Below, piece after piece: positions 36,680 through 45,367 of a DNA stretch of 64,000 bases. Both the position numbers and the translations under genes were made by a program. Each line of letters starts with the position of its first letter. Within the stretch, counting starts at the first letter, position 1. Under the pieces are notes generated by a model. The model was not told the origin of the DNA, did no database searches, and saw nothing but the letters and a program-made list of their open reading frames with translations. The stretch is from an uncultured Candidatus Saccharibacteria bacterium (GTDB lineage: Bacteria > Patescibacteriota > Saccharimonadia > Saccharimonadales > Saccharimonadaceae): the NCBI GenBank assembly GCA_964633435.1, contig CAZWHA010000003.1:18819-82818 (forward strand). The letters are read 5' to 3'.

Positions 36680-37543
36680 ATGACGCATCACCAATCTCCC
36701 GGCAGCAATCACGGCCTTCAACCAGCGCCAAAAACTGACTGGCTAGAGCAGCTAAAAGACGGTTCGACAGACACCGAACAGTTTCTGCGGATGGAGCATT
36801 ATGTTCATGTCAAGGAAGAAACAGAGGAATTTGACCGCGGACAAGGGCTTTTTACTGATTATCGACCCTTTGTGTCGAGCGTTACCTATGGCAAAGATGG
36901 CAAGGCTGCGTTCTACGGTGATTCAAAGCCTTTTGAAGTGACAATTACGCGTACTAATGGCGCTATTGAGGATGGTTGGCAAGCAGTCGGGTTGACTCAA
37001 TATGTGGACAGAAAGGATGGCAGTACGAAAGATGGATATCTAGTTGCGAAGTATCACCTGGGTCCGGATAGCAAGATTGTTCGTACCGAGTCTAGGGTTA
37101 GTAATATCATTGAAACCGAAGAGTTGACGCGGCGCCGCAAAGCTGAACAGCAACAACGTTTAGCTGGCGTATCGGCAGCCACTATGACAGTTGGGGCGCC
37201 TCAAGCTGGACGACTCATTACTGCTGCTGAGGTTCAGGCTATTATGAATAGTGGCAATCAAGAATCACGTCCTAGTGCTACTCCAGAAATAAGGATCGAA
37301 AGCCCTCAGGATCGGGAAGCTCGCGTGCTGGCCCAGTTTAGCGAGAGTGATCGACGGGCTTTATCAGATTTTGCTTATTACGCGCATGCCAAGCGCGACG
37401 CTCAGTTAAAAAATGAGGGTGAGCGTTCGAGTGATCTGGGGCGTGATATATCAGGTGCCTATAACAAATTATCCCCCGAAGCCAAGCAGCGTGCTCGCAG
37501 CGTAGCATCTACTATCTACGGTGCAGGCAATGTCGCATTCTAA
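36680..37543 (+). CDS. hypothetical protein
   Basis: 287 aa ORF with a TTGACT-17-TAGTAT promoter (about 36617..36645) and SD aaaaggaac; no family recognised. Confidence 0.55.
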   Translation: MTHHQSPGSNHGLQPAPKTDWLEQLKDGSTDTEQFLRMEHYVHVKEETEEFDRGQGLFTDYRPFVSSVTYGKDGKAAFYGDSKPFEVTITRTNGAIEDGWQAVGLTQYVDRKDGSTKDGYLVAKYHLGPDSKIVRTESRVSNIIETEELTRRRKAEQQQRLAGVSAATMTVGAPQAGRLITAAEVQAIMNSGNQESRPSATPEIRIESPQDREARVLAQFSESDRRALSDFAYYAHAKRDAQLKNEGERSSDLGRDISGAYNKLSPEAKQRARSVASTIYGAGNVAF

Positions 37544-37562
37544 CTAATGGGTTAAAAACTAT

Positions 37563-37593
37563 AAAATCCCTCCTGAAATCTAGGAGGGATTTT
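37563..37593. terminator. bidirectional intrinsic terminator
   Basis: aaaatccctcct / aggagggatttt perfect 12 bp stem between the convergent hypothetical gene and rpmA. Confidence 0.75.
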
Positions 37594-37610
37594 AGTTAGC
37601 AATAATCTGA

Positions 37611-37883
37611 TTAGTCGACGCAAACTTGGGTGCGCCAGACAGTTTTGCCGGTAAAGTTCTTGATCTTGCGGCGAACAAACTTGACGACGCCGTCTTTGTC
37701 GGCGTGAATAGTGAAGTTACGACTGACGTAGGTACCGGGTCCGGCGATCTTGCTAGCGCCGACTTGGCGAACAATCACCTGACCAGCGTTAACTTTCTGG
37801 CCGCCAAACACCTTTACACCGAGGCGCTGACCAGCGTTGTTATGGATATTTTTGGACGAACCGCCCGCTTTAACATGAGACAT
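37611..37883 (-). CDS. rpmA: 50S ribosomal protein L27
   Basis: MSHVKAGGSSKN...GQRLGVKVFGGQKV.AGQVIVRQ.G is the L27 signature. TTGCAT-17-TACAAT promoter and SD gaaggag lie upstream on the minus strand. Confidence 0.9.
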   Translation of the reverse strand: MSHVKAGGSSKNIHNNAGQRLGVKVFGGQKVNAGQVIVRQVGASKIAGPGTYVSRNFTIHADKDGVVKFVRRKIKNFTGKTVWRTQVCVD

Positions 37884-38011
37884 ACTTTAAAACACTCCTT
37901 CGTTATTTTGGTCCATTGTACACTAAAAAGACTTTTCATGCAAGCGAAATTAATTGACAGATCATCGAGTCTATGCGACAATGTGGTTAACAACACGGAA
38001 AGGGGATGAGG

Positions 38012-38648
38012 ATGGTCAAGCGAGAGCGCGAAATCTGGACGATTGATATTGATGATGTCAGCCTGAGATATGGCGGGGCATTTGCTAACTTTAGTAACCG
38101 AGCTGGCTGGACGCGGGGATTAACGGCAAAGGGCTACAATGAGCAATGGGGTGAGCTATGGGGGGGGGGCAGACGTTGATGAGATAGCCCGGCGGGCATC
38201 GGTACTAAATCGTGGTATGGCTCCTTTTCTGCGACCGGTCAGGGATGCGCCGCTAGCGTTGGCCGCTCTGGCGCAGGCACGCGATCTCATCGCATTTACC
38301 TCACGACCACGATCTCTTCACACTACGACGGTCGCTAGTCTCGACCAGCATTTCCCCGATACTTTTCGCGATATTAAATATCTCGATGGCGGGTGGGGTG
38401 ATCGTGGTGCCATCGAATCCGTTACCAAGGGCGAGGCGGCGGTTAGGCTCGGAGCTTCAACTCATATTGATGACCAGGTGCGCCATGCGGTTGGCATGGC
38501 CGGGGCTGGCGGTGTGGGCTTGCTATTCGGCGACAGCCACGCTGCGGCAACGGCGACAGTAGGCGACGGTGTGGTGAGAGTGCCGACCTGGAGAGATGTG
38601 CTGCGGCACGCCGATATCGATCCAGACTCAGTGTTTCCTGAGAACTAG
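38012..38648 (+). pseudogene. HAD-superfamily phosphatase (5'-nucleotidase-like), split by a frameshift at a G10 tract
   Basis: SD ggaaagggg then ATG 38012. MVKREREIWTIDIDDV carries the HAD DxD motif I and stops at 38179. Removing one G from 38160..38169 fuses it to ORF 38139..38648 (...ELWGGADVDEIARRAS...). TTGACA-17-GACAAT promoter at 37955..37983. Confidence 0.65.
38160..38169 (+). repeat. poly-G tract, G10, out of frame (G9 would restore the frame)
   Basis: Counted directly: t38159, g38160-g38169, c38170. Confidence 0.95.
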
Positions 38649-39740
38649 CAGTTCACGGCCGACGACTTGACCGTCGCGGTGGTAAACCAGAGACTTTTTA
38701 TTGTCTGTATAAAAAATTTGTTCAAATCCGTAATCATTCAGTTTTTTAATTACATCAAGGTGATGAGTGCGTCCGCCAACAAACCAACAGGGGAGAGCGA
38801 TCGTCATACCAGTTGATGAGGTGACTTGACCAGCTAGATTCTTGAGGAACTTGCCGAGGATAATCTCGCAGTTTTTCATGTTGTCTCGGAGCGCGGACAA
38901 CTGAGGCTCGCTGGCGAAAGGTCGCCCTAGATAAGTTTCGGTAGCTACCAAGTCGATCGGCGGCTGCCAGTGATGCGCCGTGGCGTCGCCAACCTCGAGC
39001 TTGGATTGTATGTCGATACGATGGGTGCGTCCTAGCCACTCTAGGTTGGCTTCGGAATACTCGATCATGCGCGGTTCGAGGTCGGTGCCATAGACGGACA
39101 TTTCCATCAGCGCCGCCTCTTGCAATACGACACCTGTGCCACAAAAAGTATCGAGCAGAGTCGGTGCCGCCACCCGCTCTCCTGTAGCGCCAGCAGCCAG
39201 GTTGATCATGGTTTGGGCGAGTTTCGGTGGTAACATGCCAACGCGAGCATCACGCTTGGGGCGTGATCGGTCGCGAAACGTGTAGGCATTGATATCCTGG
39301 ACGAAAATTGTCCGAGCCAACAACTCTTTGCCTCTGTTACTTGCTAGGATGAACTCAATTTTGTTCGGTTTGGTGAGCTTGTTATGAAAGACGGTGGCGC
39401 TCGACAAGGTAGTTTCGGCATTTGGAATTAAACGGACTGAACCACGGCGTTTTTTGATATCCAACCCGTATCGTAACAGTTGGCGTGGCGATAGTTTTGT
39501 TTCATAGGTTGAAAAGCCGAGCACGACCTTGCCATCAGCTGGCAGATGGCGCCCGATCGATTGCCAGGAATCGTCAATGACTTTGGCGACCTTGACGATA
39601 GAACCAAGTCGGCCAAAATCGAAAGTTGGTTCGGCGTCGAGCAGAGCGATCGTACCGTAGCATTCGACTGTTGGCCCGAATACAGCACGCAGTTCGGCAA
39701 AACCGATTTCTGGCTGGCGGCCTAACACGAATAATAGCAT
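38628..39740 (-). CDS. class I SAM-dependent RNA methyltransferase, Trm11/TrmG10 (UPF0020)-like
   Basis: MLPPKLAQTMINLA...LLDTFCGTGVVLQEAA...VYGTDLE matches the N2-guanine MTase layout. The motif IV position reads ATETYLG rather than DPPYG. Confidence 0.6.
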   Translation of the reverse strand: MLLFVLGRQPEIGFAELRAVFGPTVECYGTIALLDAEPTFDFGRLGSIVKVAKVIDDSWQSIGRHLPADGKVVLGFSTYETKLSPRQLLRYGLDIKKRRGSVRLIPNAETTLSSATVFHNKLTKPNKIEFILASNRGKELLARTIFVQDINAYTFRDRSRPKRDARVGMLPPKLAQTMINLAAGATGERVAAPTLLDTFCGTGVVLQEAALMEMSVYGTDLEPRMIEYSEANLEWLGRTHRIDIQSKLEVGDATAHHWQPPIDLVATETYLGRPFASEPQLSALRDNMKNCEIILGKFLKNLAGQVTSSTGMTIALPCWFVGGRTHHLDVIKKLNDYGFEQIFYTDNKKSLVYHRDGQVVGRELLVLRKH

Positions 39741-39815
39741 GCGACCATTGTAGCAGGTTTCGATAACATAAAACCAAGGTCAGAATCTTCAGGTTTACTG
39801 TATAATAGTCCGGTA

Positions 39816-40937
39816 ATGTTGGGCAAGGTAATCAAACAGATAAAACGTGACTTGCGTCGTGTTAGCGGACGAGGCTGGCTCAACGTTGTGACGATCACGC
39901 TGATTGTCATCCTCTTAGTAGCGGCGCGGGACCAACTCTACGAGGCCTGGAAACTACTGGGGCAGGTGAACCTGTGGATCTTGGCGCTGCTGATCCCAGT
40001 GCAATTCATCTCGTATTATACGAATGCCGAGATATTCTTTACCTATTTACGGTCCAGAGGGCAGTTGAAAAGAGTTAATTCGCTCGAGGCCACCAGTATG
40101 GCACTGGAGCTGAATTTTGTGAATCATGTGTTCCCGAGTGGCGGTGTGTCGGGTATTTCCTATATGGTTTGGCGGCTGGGTAAGCTAGGCGTCAGTGCGG
40201 GGCAGGCGACGATGGCCCAGCTGATGCGTTATGTGGTGCAACTCGGGACGTTCGCGTTGCTGCTAGCGGTAGCGCTGGTCGTGGCGACGCTCGAAAACCG
40301 TACGAGCAACTGGGTAGTGATGGTGGCGACTGGTGTCGTAACGTCGCTAACATTCCTGGTGATCTTTGGTAGTTATTTGGTCGGCAGCGAAGAGCGCATG
40401 AAGAGTTTTGCCCACTGGTTGACGCGTGCTGTGAATACGTTAGTCCGCAAGTTGACTTTTGGCCGGCGCAGTAAGGTCCTCGACATCAAGTCAGTCGAAA
40501 CATTCTTTCTGGAGTTCCATGACGACTATATGACGTTGCGTCGCGATAAAAAGATGTTAGTCAAACCCATTCTGTGGTCGCTGGCTTTTAATCTCTTTGA
40601 CGTAGCACTGTTTATGGTCAGTTTCTGGGCGCTCGGTATCTCGGTCAATCCGGCAGTGCTGCTGATTGCCTATGGCGCAGCGGCAACAGCAGGGTTTTTA
40701 ATGCTGACGCCGGGCGGGGCGGGGGCTTACGAAGCTATCATGGTAGCGATTTTAACCGCCGGTGGCATGAGCGCCGGGGCGGCCTTCGCTGGTGTGGTCT
40801 TGACCCGAGCGACACTGATGGCTGGGTCGCTGTTAACCGGGTTCCTTGCCTATCAACACGCGCTCCGCAAATACGGCAAGCCCAAGCTCGAGGAAGTCAA
40901 TTTTGCAGCTGCTGGCAAATCTGATGAGGCGCAGTAG
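39816..40937 (+). CDS. UPF0104 / LPG-synthase-TM-like (flippase-like) membrane protein
   Basis: Multi-TM with C-terminal LMLTPGGAGAYEAIMVAIL, typical of the family. Confidence 0.65.
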   Translation: MLGKVIKQIKRDLRRVSGRGWLNVVTITLIVILLVAARDQLYEAWKLLGQVNLWILALLIPVQFISYYTNAEIFFTYLRSRGQLKRVNSLEATSMALELNFVNHVFPSGGVSGISYMVWRLGKLGVSAGQATMAQLMRYVVQLGTFALLLAVALVVATLENRTSNWVVMVATGVVTSLTFLVIFGSYLVGSEERMKSFAHWLTRAVNTLVRKLTFGRRSKVLDIKSVETFFLEFHDDYMTLRRDKKMLVKPILWSLAFNLFDVALFMVSFWALGISVNPAVLLIAYGAAATAGFLMLTPGGAGAYEAIMVAILTAGGMSAGAAFAGVVLTRATLMAGSLLTGFLAYQHALRKYGKPKLEEVNFAAAGKSDEAQ

Positions 40938-40942
40938 GTATC

Positions 40943-42082
40943 ATGCTTCCCGATGAACACGCCATCTCGCCAGAGCCAATGTTTGGTGTGTCGGATGCGA
41001 TCGCTTTGTTCAATCAAATACTGGAAACCGCTACGCCGCATATCACGGTGGTTGGTGAAGTAGCAAATTTCAAAATTAATCAGGGCAAATGGGTATTTTT
41101 CGATATCAAGGACAAGGAATCGACACTTGGCTGTTTCATGTCAGCATTTAATTTGCGAGTGGCGATCGAGGATGGGATGAAGGTGGTCGTGACAGCGCGG
41201 CCGAATCTGACGCGCTGGGGTAAATTCAGCCTGACAATCCAGACGATTCGACCAGTGGGCGAGGGTAGTATTCGGCGATCGTTTGAGCTGCTGCGGGCCA
41301 AGTTGGAGCAGGAAGGGCTATTTAGTCCCGAGCGCAAACGGAACTTGCCGGCTATGCCTCAAGTGATTGGCGTTATATCGTCGACCCAGGCGGCGGGTTA
41401 CGCGGACTTTATCAAGATCGTCGGCGAGCGCTATGCGGGGCTAGCAATTCAGGTCGCGAACGTGCCGGTGCAGGGTGAAATGGCGGCACCGCAGATGATT
41501 GCAGCCCTCGATTACTTTAACGAGCTGGCCGAGCCGCCAGAGGCAATAGCTTTACTGCGTGGCGGTGGATCGCGGGATGATTTGGTGGCTTTTGACGATG
41601 AACCGTTGGTCCGGGCAATTGCTCGCTCACGGGTGCCGGTGATCACAGGCGTGGGTCATGAGGTTGACGTAACGCTAGTCGACCTGGTGGCAGACGTCCG
41701 GGCGGCCACACCATCGAATGCTGCCCAATTGCTGGTGCCATCGCGTCAGGAGATCCTGGCTCGGGTTGACTCCGAGTTAAAGCGTGTCCTGGCCCGATCA
41801 GAGCGGGGGCTCGATGAGCTAGCTGGCAAAGTTGAGAGTGATCACGCGGCGATGCTCGCGACGATCGAAAGCTCCTTTAGCGACCTGACTCGGCGATATG
41901 ATACGCTGCGGCAGGTCTTGCGTCAGGTTGATCCACGGCTGGTGCTGAACCGAGGCTATGCGCTGGTTCGGGACGAGGCTGGTCGGAATCTGCAGACCCG
42001 ACCAAATACTGGCGATAATTTGACGGTTGAAACGGCGCAATTTATAATCGAAACGGAGGTAAAAAATGCCAGACAAAAGTAA
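40943..42082 (+). CDS. xseA: exodeoxyribonuclease VII large subunit
   Basis: N-terminal OB fold (ITVVGEVANFKINQGKWVFFDIKD), GVISSTQAAGYADF, RGGGSRDDL. Confidence 0.9.
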   Translation: MLPDEHAISPEPMFGVSDAIALFNQILETATPHITVVGEVANFKINQGKWVFFDIKDKESTLGCFMSAFNLRVAIEDGMKVVVTARPNLTRWGKFSLTIQTIRPVGEGSIRRSFELLRAKLEQEGLFSPERKRNLPAMPQVIGVISSTQAAGYADFIKIVGERYAGLAIQVANVPVQGEMAAPQMIAALDYFNELAEPPEAIALLRGGGSRDDLVAFDDEPLVRAIARSRVPVITGVGHEVDVTLVDLVADVRAATPSNAAQLLVPSRQEILARVDSELKRVLARSERGLDELAGKVESDHAAMLATIESSFSDLTRRYDTLRQVLRQVDPRLVLNRGYALVRDEAGRNLQTRPNTGDNLTVETAQFIIETEVKNARQK

Positions 42083-42290
42083 AAGTTTACGTCAGCTACT
42101 CGATGAGTTTGAAGCGATTGTCACCTGGTTTGATCAGTCAGAAGTCGATATTGATCAGGCAATTCCTAAATTTGAGGCCGGCTCTAAATTGGCTGATGAG
42201 ATCAAGCAGCGCCTCGACACGGCGAAAAACAAGATCGAGCTCGTCAAAGCCGATTTTGCGGCCAAAGCTGCACAGTCGAAAGGCGAGTAG
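42066..42290 (+). CDS. xseB: exodeoxyribonuclease VII small subunit
   Basis: 74 aa helical protein overlapping the xseA end; LDEFEAIV..FD.SEVDIDQAI..FE.G..L pattern. Confidence 0.85.
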   Translation: MPDKSKSLRQLLDEFEAIVTWFDQSEVDIDQAIPKFEAGSKLADEIKQRLDTAKNKIELVKADFAAKAAQSKGE

Positions 42291-42796
42291 TGTTGCCTTG
42301 GCTGATCGGTGGAGTGGTTATTATCGTTATGATTGGCATCGGTGTGTTGTTTGGTGGCGCACCATTTGTGCCAACCAGGCGAGCCTGGATTGCGGAGGCG
42401 CTGACATTATCGGGTTTCGGCCAGGATGATGTGATTGTTGACCTTGGCTCGGGTAACGGGGTAGTGCTGGAGGCGGCGCTGGATCGTGGCGCTCGGCGGG
42501 CGATTGGCTATGAAATTAACCCGCTCTTGGCACTGTGGTCGCGCCTCAGGCTTCGCCGCTTTGGTCGGCGTCTCGTAATTCGAACCACTGATTTTTTTCG
42601 AACCGATTTGCCACCGGATACCACCATTATTTATATGTTTCAAACGGGCGGAGTAATGCGGCGGATCAAGCCATATCTGCTCGAGCAAAAATCGAAACTG
42701 CATCGATCCACTATCAAAGTGGTGTGTTTTGGTTTTACGATACCAGGGTTAGAAGCACAGTGTGAGCTAAACGGCATGACGCTTTATGAATTTTGA
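42290..42796 (+). CDS. small class I SAM-dependent methyltransferase with an N-terminal TM segment
   Basis: Motif I VIVDLGSGNGVVL followed by GYEINP. Confidence 0.65.
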   Translation: MLPWLIGGVVIIVMIGIGVLFGGAPFVPTRRAWIAEALTLSGFGQDDVIVDLGSGNGVVLEAALDRGARRAIGYEINPLLALWSRLRLRRFGRRLVIRTTDFFRTDLPPDTTIIYMFQTGGVMRRIKPYLLEQKSKLHRSTIKVVCFGFTIPGLEAQCELNGMTLYEF

Positions 42797-42832
42797 TTGC
42801 TTTGTCGGCTTGGCTTGTGATAGACTAGTCAT

Positions 42833-43525
42833 ATGATAACGCTAAAGCTTCATTCGGTAGCGCATCGCGAGCGCGGTGAATCGAATCCTTTCCTGATTAC
42901 CACTATTATTTTTGTGTTACTAGCTGTTGGTTTGGGCGTTGGTTTTGGCTGGGCCTACATGCAAATGACTGATTATCGTGATAATGTAGCCACTAAAGTT
43001 GAGGCCGCGGTCAAAGTCGCCAAAGACGAGCAGAAAGAGGCCGATAAAGCTGAATTTACCGAGGAATATAAAAAGCCAAATTTGACCTACGAGGGTCCGT
43101 CTGATTCTGGCTCGGTGACATTTAGTTATCCCAAGACCTGGGCAGCCTATATCGACCAGGATGGCGCTGGTGGCGGTGATTTGTCACTGTATTTTAATCC
43201 TAAATCAGTGCCGACGATCAGGGGTGGAACAGCTTATGCACTACGTGTCACTATCAATAATCAGTCATACAGTTCAGTGTTGCAGTCATACAACGGCCAA
43301 GTCGAGGCTGGTACCCTGTCTGCCAAAACGATCGTAGTTGGTAAAACTGATAGTTTTAGCGGTTACGAGGGCATGCGGATTGACGGTCAATTTGGGGATG
43401 GTATCAATGGATCGGTCGTCATTTTCAAGATTCGTGACAAAACCCTGCGGCTCTATGTCGATAGCCAAGATTTCATGAATGACTTTAATAGTACGGTGCT
43501 GAACTCTCTGAAATACGAGTCATAA
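42833..43525 (+). CDS. membrane-anchored hypothetical protein
   Basis: Single N-terminal TM (FLITTIIFVLLAVGLGVGFGWAY) and a beta-rich ectodomain; no family recognised. Confidence 0.55.
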   Translation: MITLKLHSVAHRERGESNPFLITTIIFVLLAVGLGVGFGWAYMQMTDYRDNVATKVEAAVKVAKDEQKEADKAEFTEEYKKPNLTYEGPSDSGSVTFSYPKTWAAYIDQDGAGGGDLSLYFNPKSVPTIRGGTAYALRVTINNQSYSSVLQSYNGQVEAGTLSAKTIVVGKTDSFSGYEGMRIDGQFGDGINGSVVIFKIRDKTLRLYVDSQDFMNDFNSTVLNSLKYES

Positions 43526-43571
43526 AAAGCATCAGCGCCATCAAATTCGAAAATTTGCTATACTGGATAGT

Positions 43572-44267
43572 ATGAGCGAGCTGGAGGGTAGTGCAGTCGC
43601 GGTGGCTCACGAACTAAAGACGCCACTGGTTTTGTTGCGTCAATTGACATTATTGCTCGAAAATACTAATAATCCGGCCGAACAAGCCGAACTAACTCGT
43701 CGTCTGCGATTTACATCAGAGCGGTCGCTACGGTTAGTTGATTCGTTAACTAAAATGGCACGTCTAGAGGATGCGCTGTTCGAACTCGAACCGGTACAAT
43801 TAAACGGCTTGTGTACAGCACTGACTCATGAATTGTCGCCACTGGCCGAGGCATACCAACAGAATCTGCGGACCCGATTAACCCGTCAATCAATTGTGGC
43901 GGTTGGTAATCGTGAACTGCTGAATTCACTATTATCCGGGCTGATCGATAACGCGATTCAGCACAATCCAGCCGGAGCGGCTATTGAGGTGGCTAGTCGA
44001 GTGCGTGCCGGTGAAGCCATTATCGCGGTACGTGATTTTGGTACTACCATTGATTTATCGGATTTTCGAGCACTCGAAGCCTCGATTGGCAAGAGAGCGT
44101 TGCCGATTTCGGCCCGGCCGCTATCATCAGGTTTGGGTCTGTTGGTCGCCAGCCGGCTACTAACAGCGATGAATGGGCGTTTGTCGGTGCAGCGACATTA
44201 TAGTGGCGGTATGACCTTTTCGGCGCATTTACCGCTCAGTCGACAACTAAGTTTTTTGGAGGTGTAG
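43572..44267 (+). CDS. histidine kinase core (DHp + CA) with no sensor or TM region
   Basis: H-box VAHELKTPL, N-box LIDNAIQHN, G-boxes DFGTTI / GLGLLVA; only 231 aa. Confidence 0.8.
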   Translation: MSELEGSAVAVAHELKTPLVLLRQLTLLLENTNNPAEQAELTRRLRFTSERSLRLVDSLTKMARLEDALFELEPVQLNGLCTALTHELSPLAEAYQQNLRTRLTRQSIVAVGNRELLNSLLSGLIDNAIQHNPAGAAIEVASRVRAGEAIIAVRDFGTTIDLSDFRALEASIGKRALPISARPLSSGLGLLVASRLLTAMNGRLSVQRHYSGGMTFSAHLPLSRQLSFLEV

Positions 44268-44268
44268 G

Positions 44269-44658
44269 ATGGCAGGGCATCGCCCAATCATCTTGCTCGT
44301 CGATGACGATGCCTGGTTTAGTGATGGTTTAGCGGCGAGTTTGACCGATTATTTAGTGATTAGAACGCCCGATCCGGACCAAGTGTTTGATCTGATTGAG
44401 CAGCACCAACCAGATGTGCTGCTGGCTGACATTATGCTGGGGGCGCGCAATTTGTTTGCGTTGCTGCACGAGATGCAGAGCTACCTCGACACCAGGCATT
44501 TACCGGTGGTGATCGTTTCGGCGATTGCTGCTCAAATCCAATCGGCTGATGTGGCGGCGCTTGGGGTGCAGGCGGTACTCGATAAAACCGATCTGACACC
44601 AGCAAAATTACGGGGATGTATTGCGTCCGTCATAAAGTCTAGGACAAGGCAGTTATGA
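44269..44658 (+). CDS. single-domain response regulator (receiver only)
   Basis: ILLVDDD...VLLADIML receiver motifs; 129 aa; lies 1 nt after the HK stop. Confidence 0.8.
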   Translation: MAGHRPIILLVDDDAWFSDGLAASLTDYLVIRTPDPDQVFDLIEQHQPDVLLADIMLGARNLFALLHEMQSYLDTRHLPVVIVSAIAAQIQSADVAALGVQAVLDKTDLTPAKLRGCIASVIKSRTRQL

Positions 44659-45344
44659 GTCAAACGATTCGCACCAAAGCTATTGTATTACGGCGAACTA
44701 ATTACGGCGAAGCTGATCGGATTGTTCAGGTTATCACGCCGGATCATGGACGCTTGTCGATGATGGCGCGGGGAGTCCGGCGCGAAAAATCACGCCTAGC
44801 AGGAGGTATTGAACTGTTTGCTGTCTGTGATCTGGTACTAACGCGCGGTACGAAGTCATCGAGTGATCTGTGGATGTTAACCGGCGCCCGCCTCGGTACA
44901 TTTTTTGACCAGATCATGGCAGAGTACGATCGTTTGCAGTTTGGCTACGAAGCAATCAAACAAACCGCGGGAGCCGCCGAAACAATTGACGAACCAGAGT
45001 TTTATGCGCTGCTTGAGGCAACATTTTCGTCATTGAATAATCTGAACATCAATCTGAAAATTACTGAAACCTGGTTTTACTTGCGGCTGGCAAAATTGCT
45101 CGGCAATGAACTAAATACGGCCACTGACGCTAGCGGCATGAAGCTGGTCGAGGATGCTCGGTATAACTTTGATCAGAGTGACCAAGTGTTTGTTTTTAGC
45201 GAAACTGGCAGGTACGGGTCAGACGTCTTAAAACTACTGCGCATTCTGGTCGCTAATGATCCGCAGATCGCTAGTCGTATCCAGGGAGTTAATGAATTGA
45301 TTGATGATGGCCTGCGGTTGGCACGCTCGGTCGCGAAAATCTAA
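44655..45344 (+). CDS. recO: DNA repair protein RecO
   Basis: KAIVLRRTNYGEADRIVQVITPDHGRLSMMARGVRR is the OB-fold N-terminus typical of RecO. Confidence 0.85.
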   Translation: MSQTIRTKAIVLRRTNYGEADRIVQVITPDHGRLSMMARGVRREKSRLAGGIELFAVCDLVLTRGTKSSSDLWMLTGARLGTFFDQIMAEYDRLQFGYEAIKQTAGAAETIDEPEFYALLEATFSSLNNLNINLKITETWFYLRLAKLLGNELNTATDASGMKLVEDARYNFDQSDQVFVFSETGRYGSDVLKLLRILVANDPQIASRIQGVNELIDDGLRLARSVAKI

Positions 45345-45367
45345 TCTATAGTGTATAATATCAAGAT

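Noticed and set aside
361-38169. Poly-G runs as two-colour Illumina 'no-signal = G' artefacts.
   Set aside because: Such artefacts accumulate at read and contig ends. These tracts are internal and flanked on both sides by continuous coding sequence, and four are in frame. Ordinary +/-1 homopolymer miscalls remain a live alternative for the two frameshifts, as noted in the findings.
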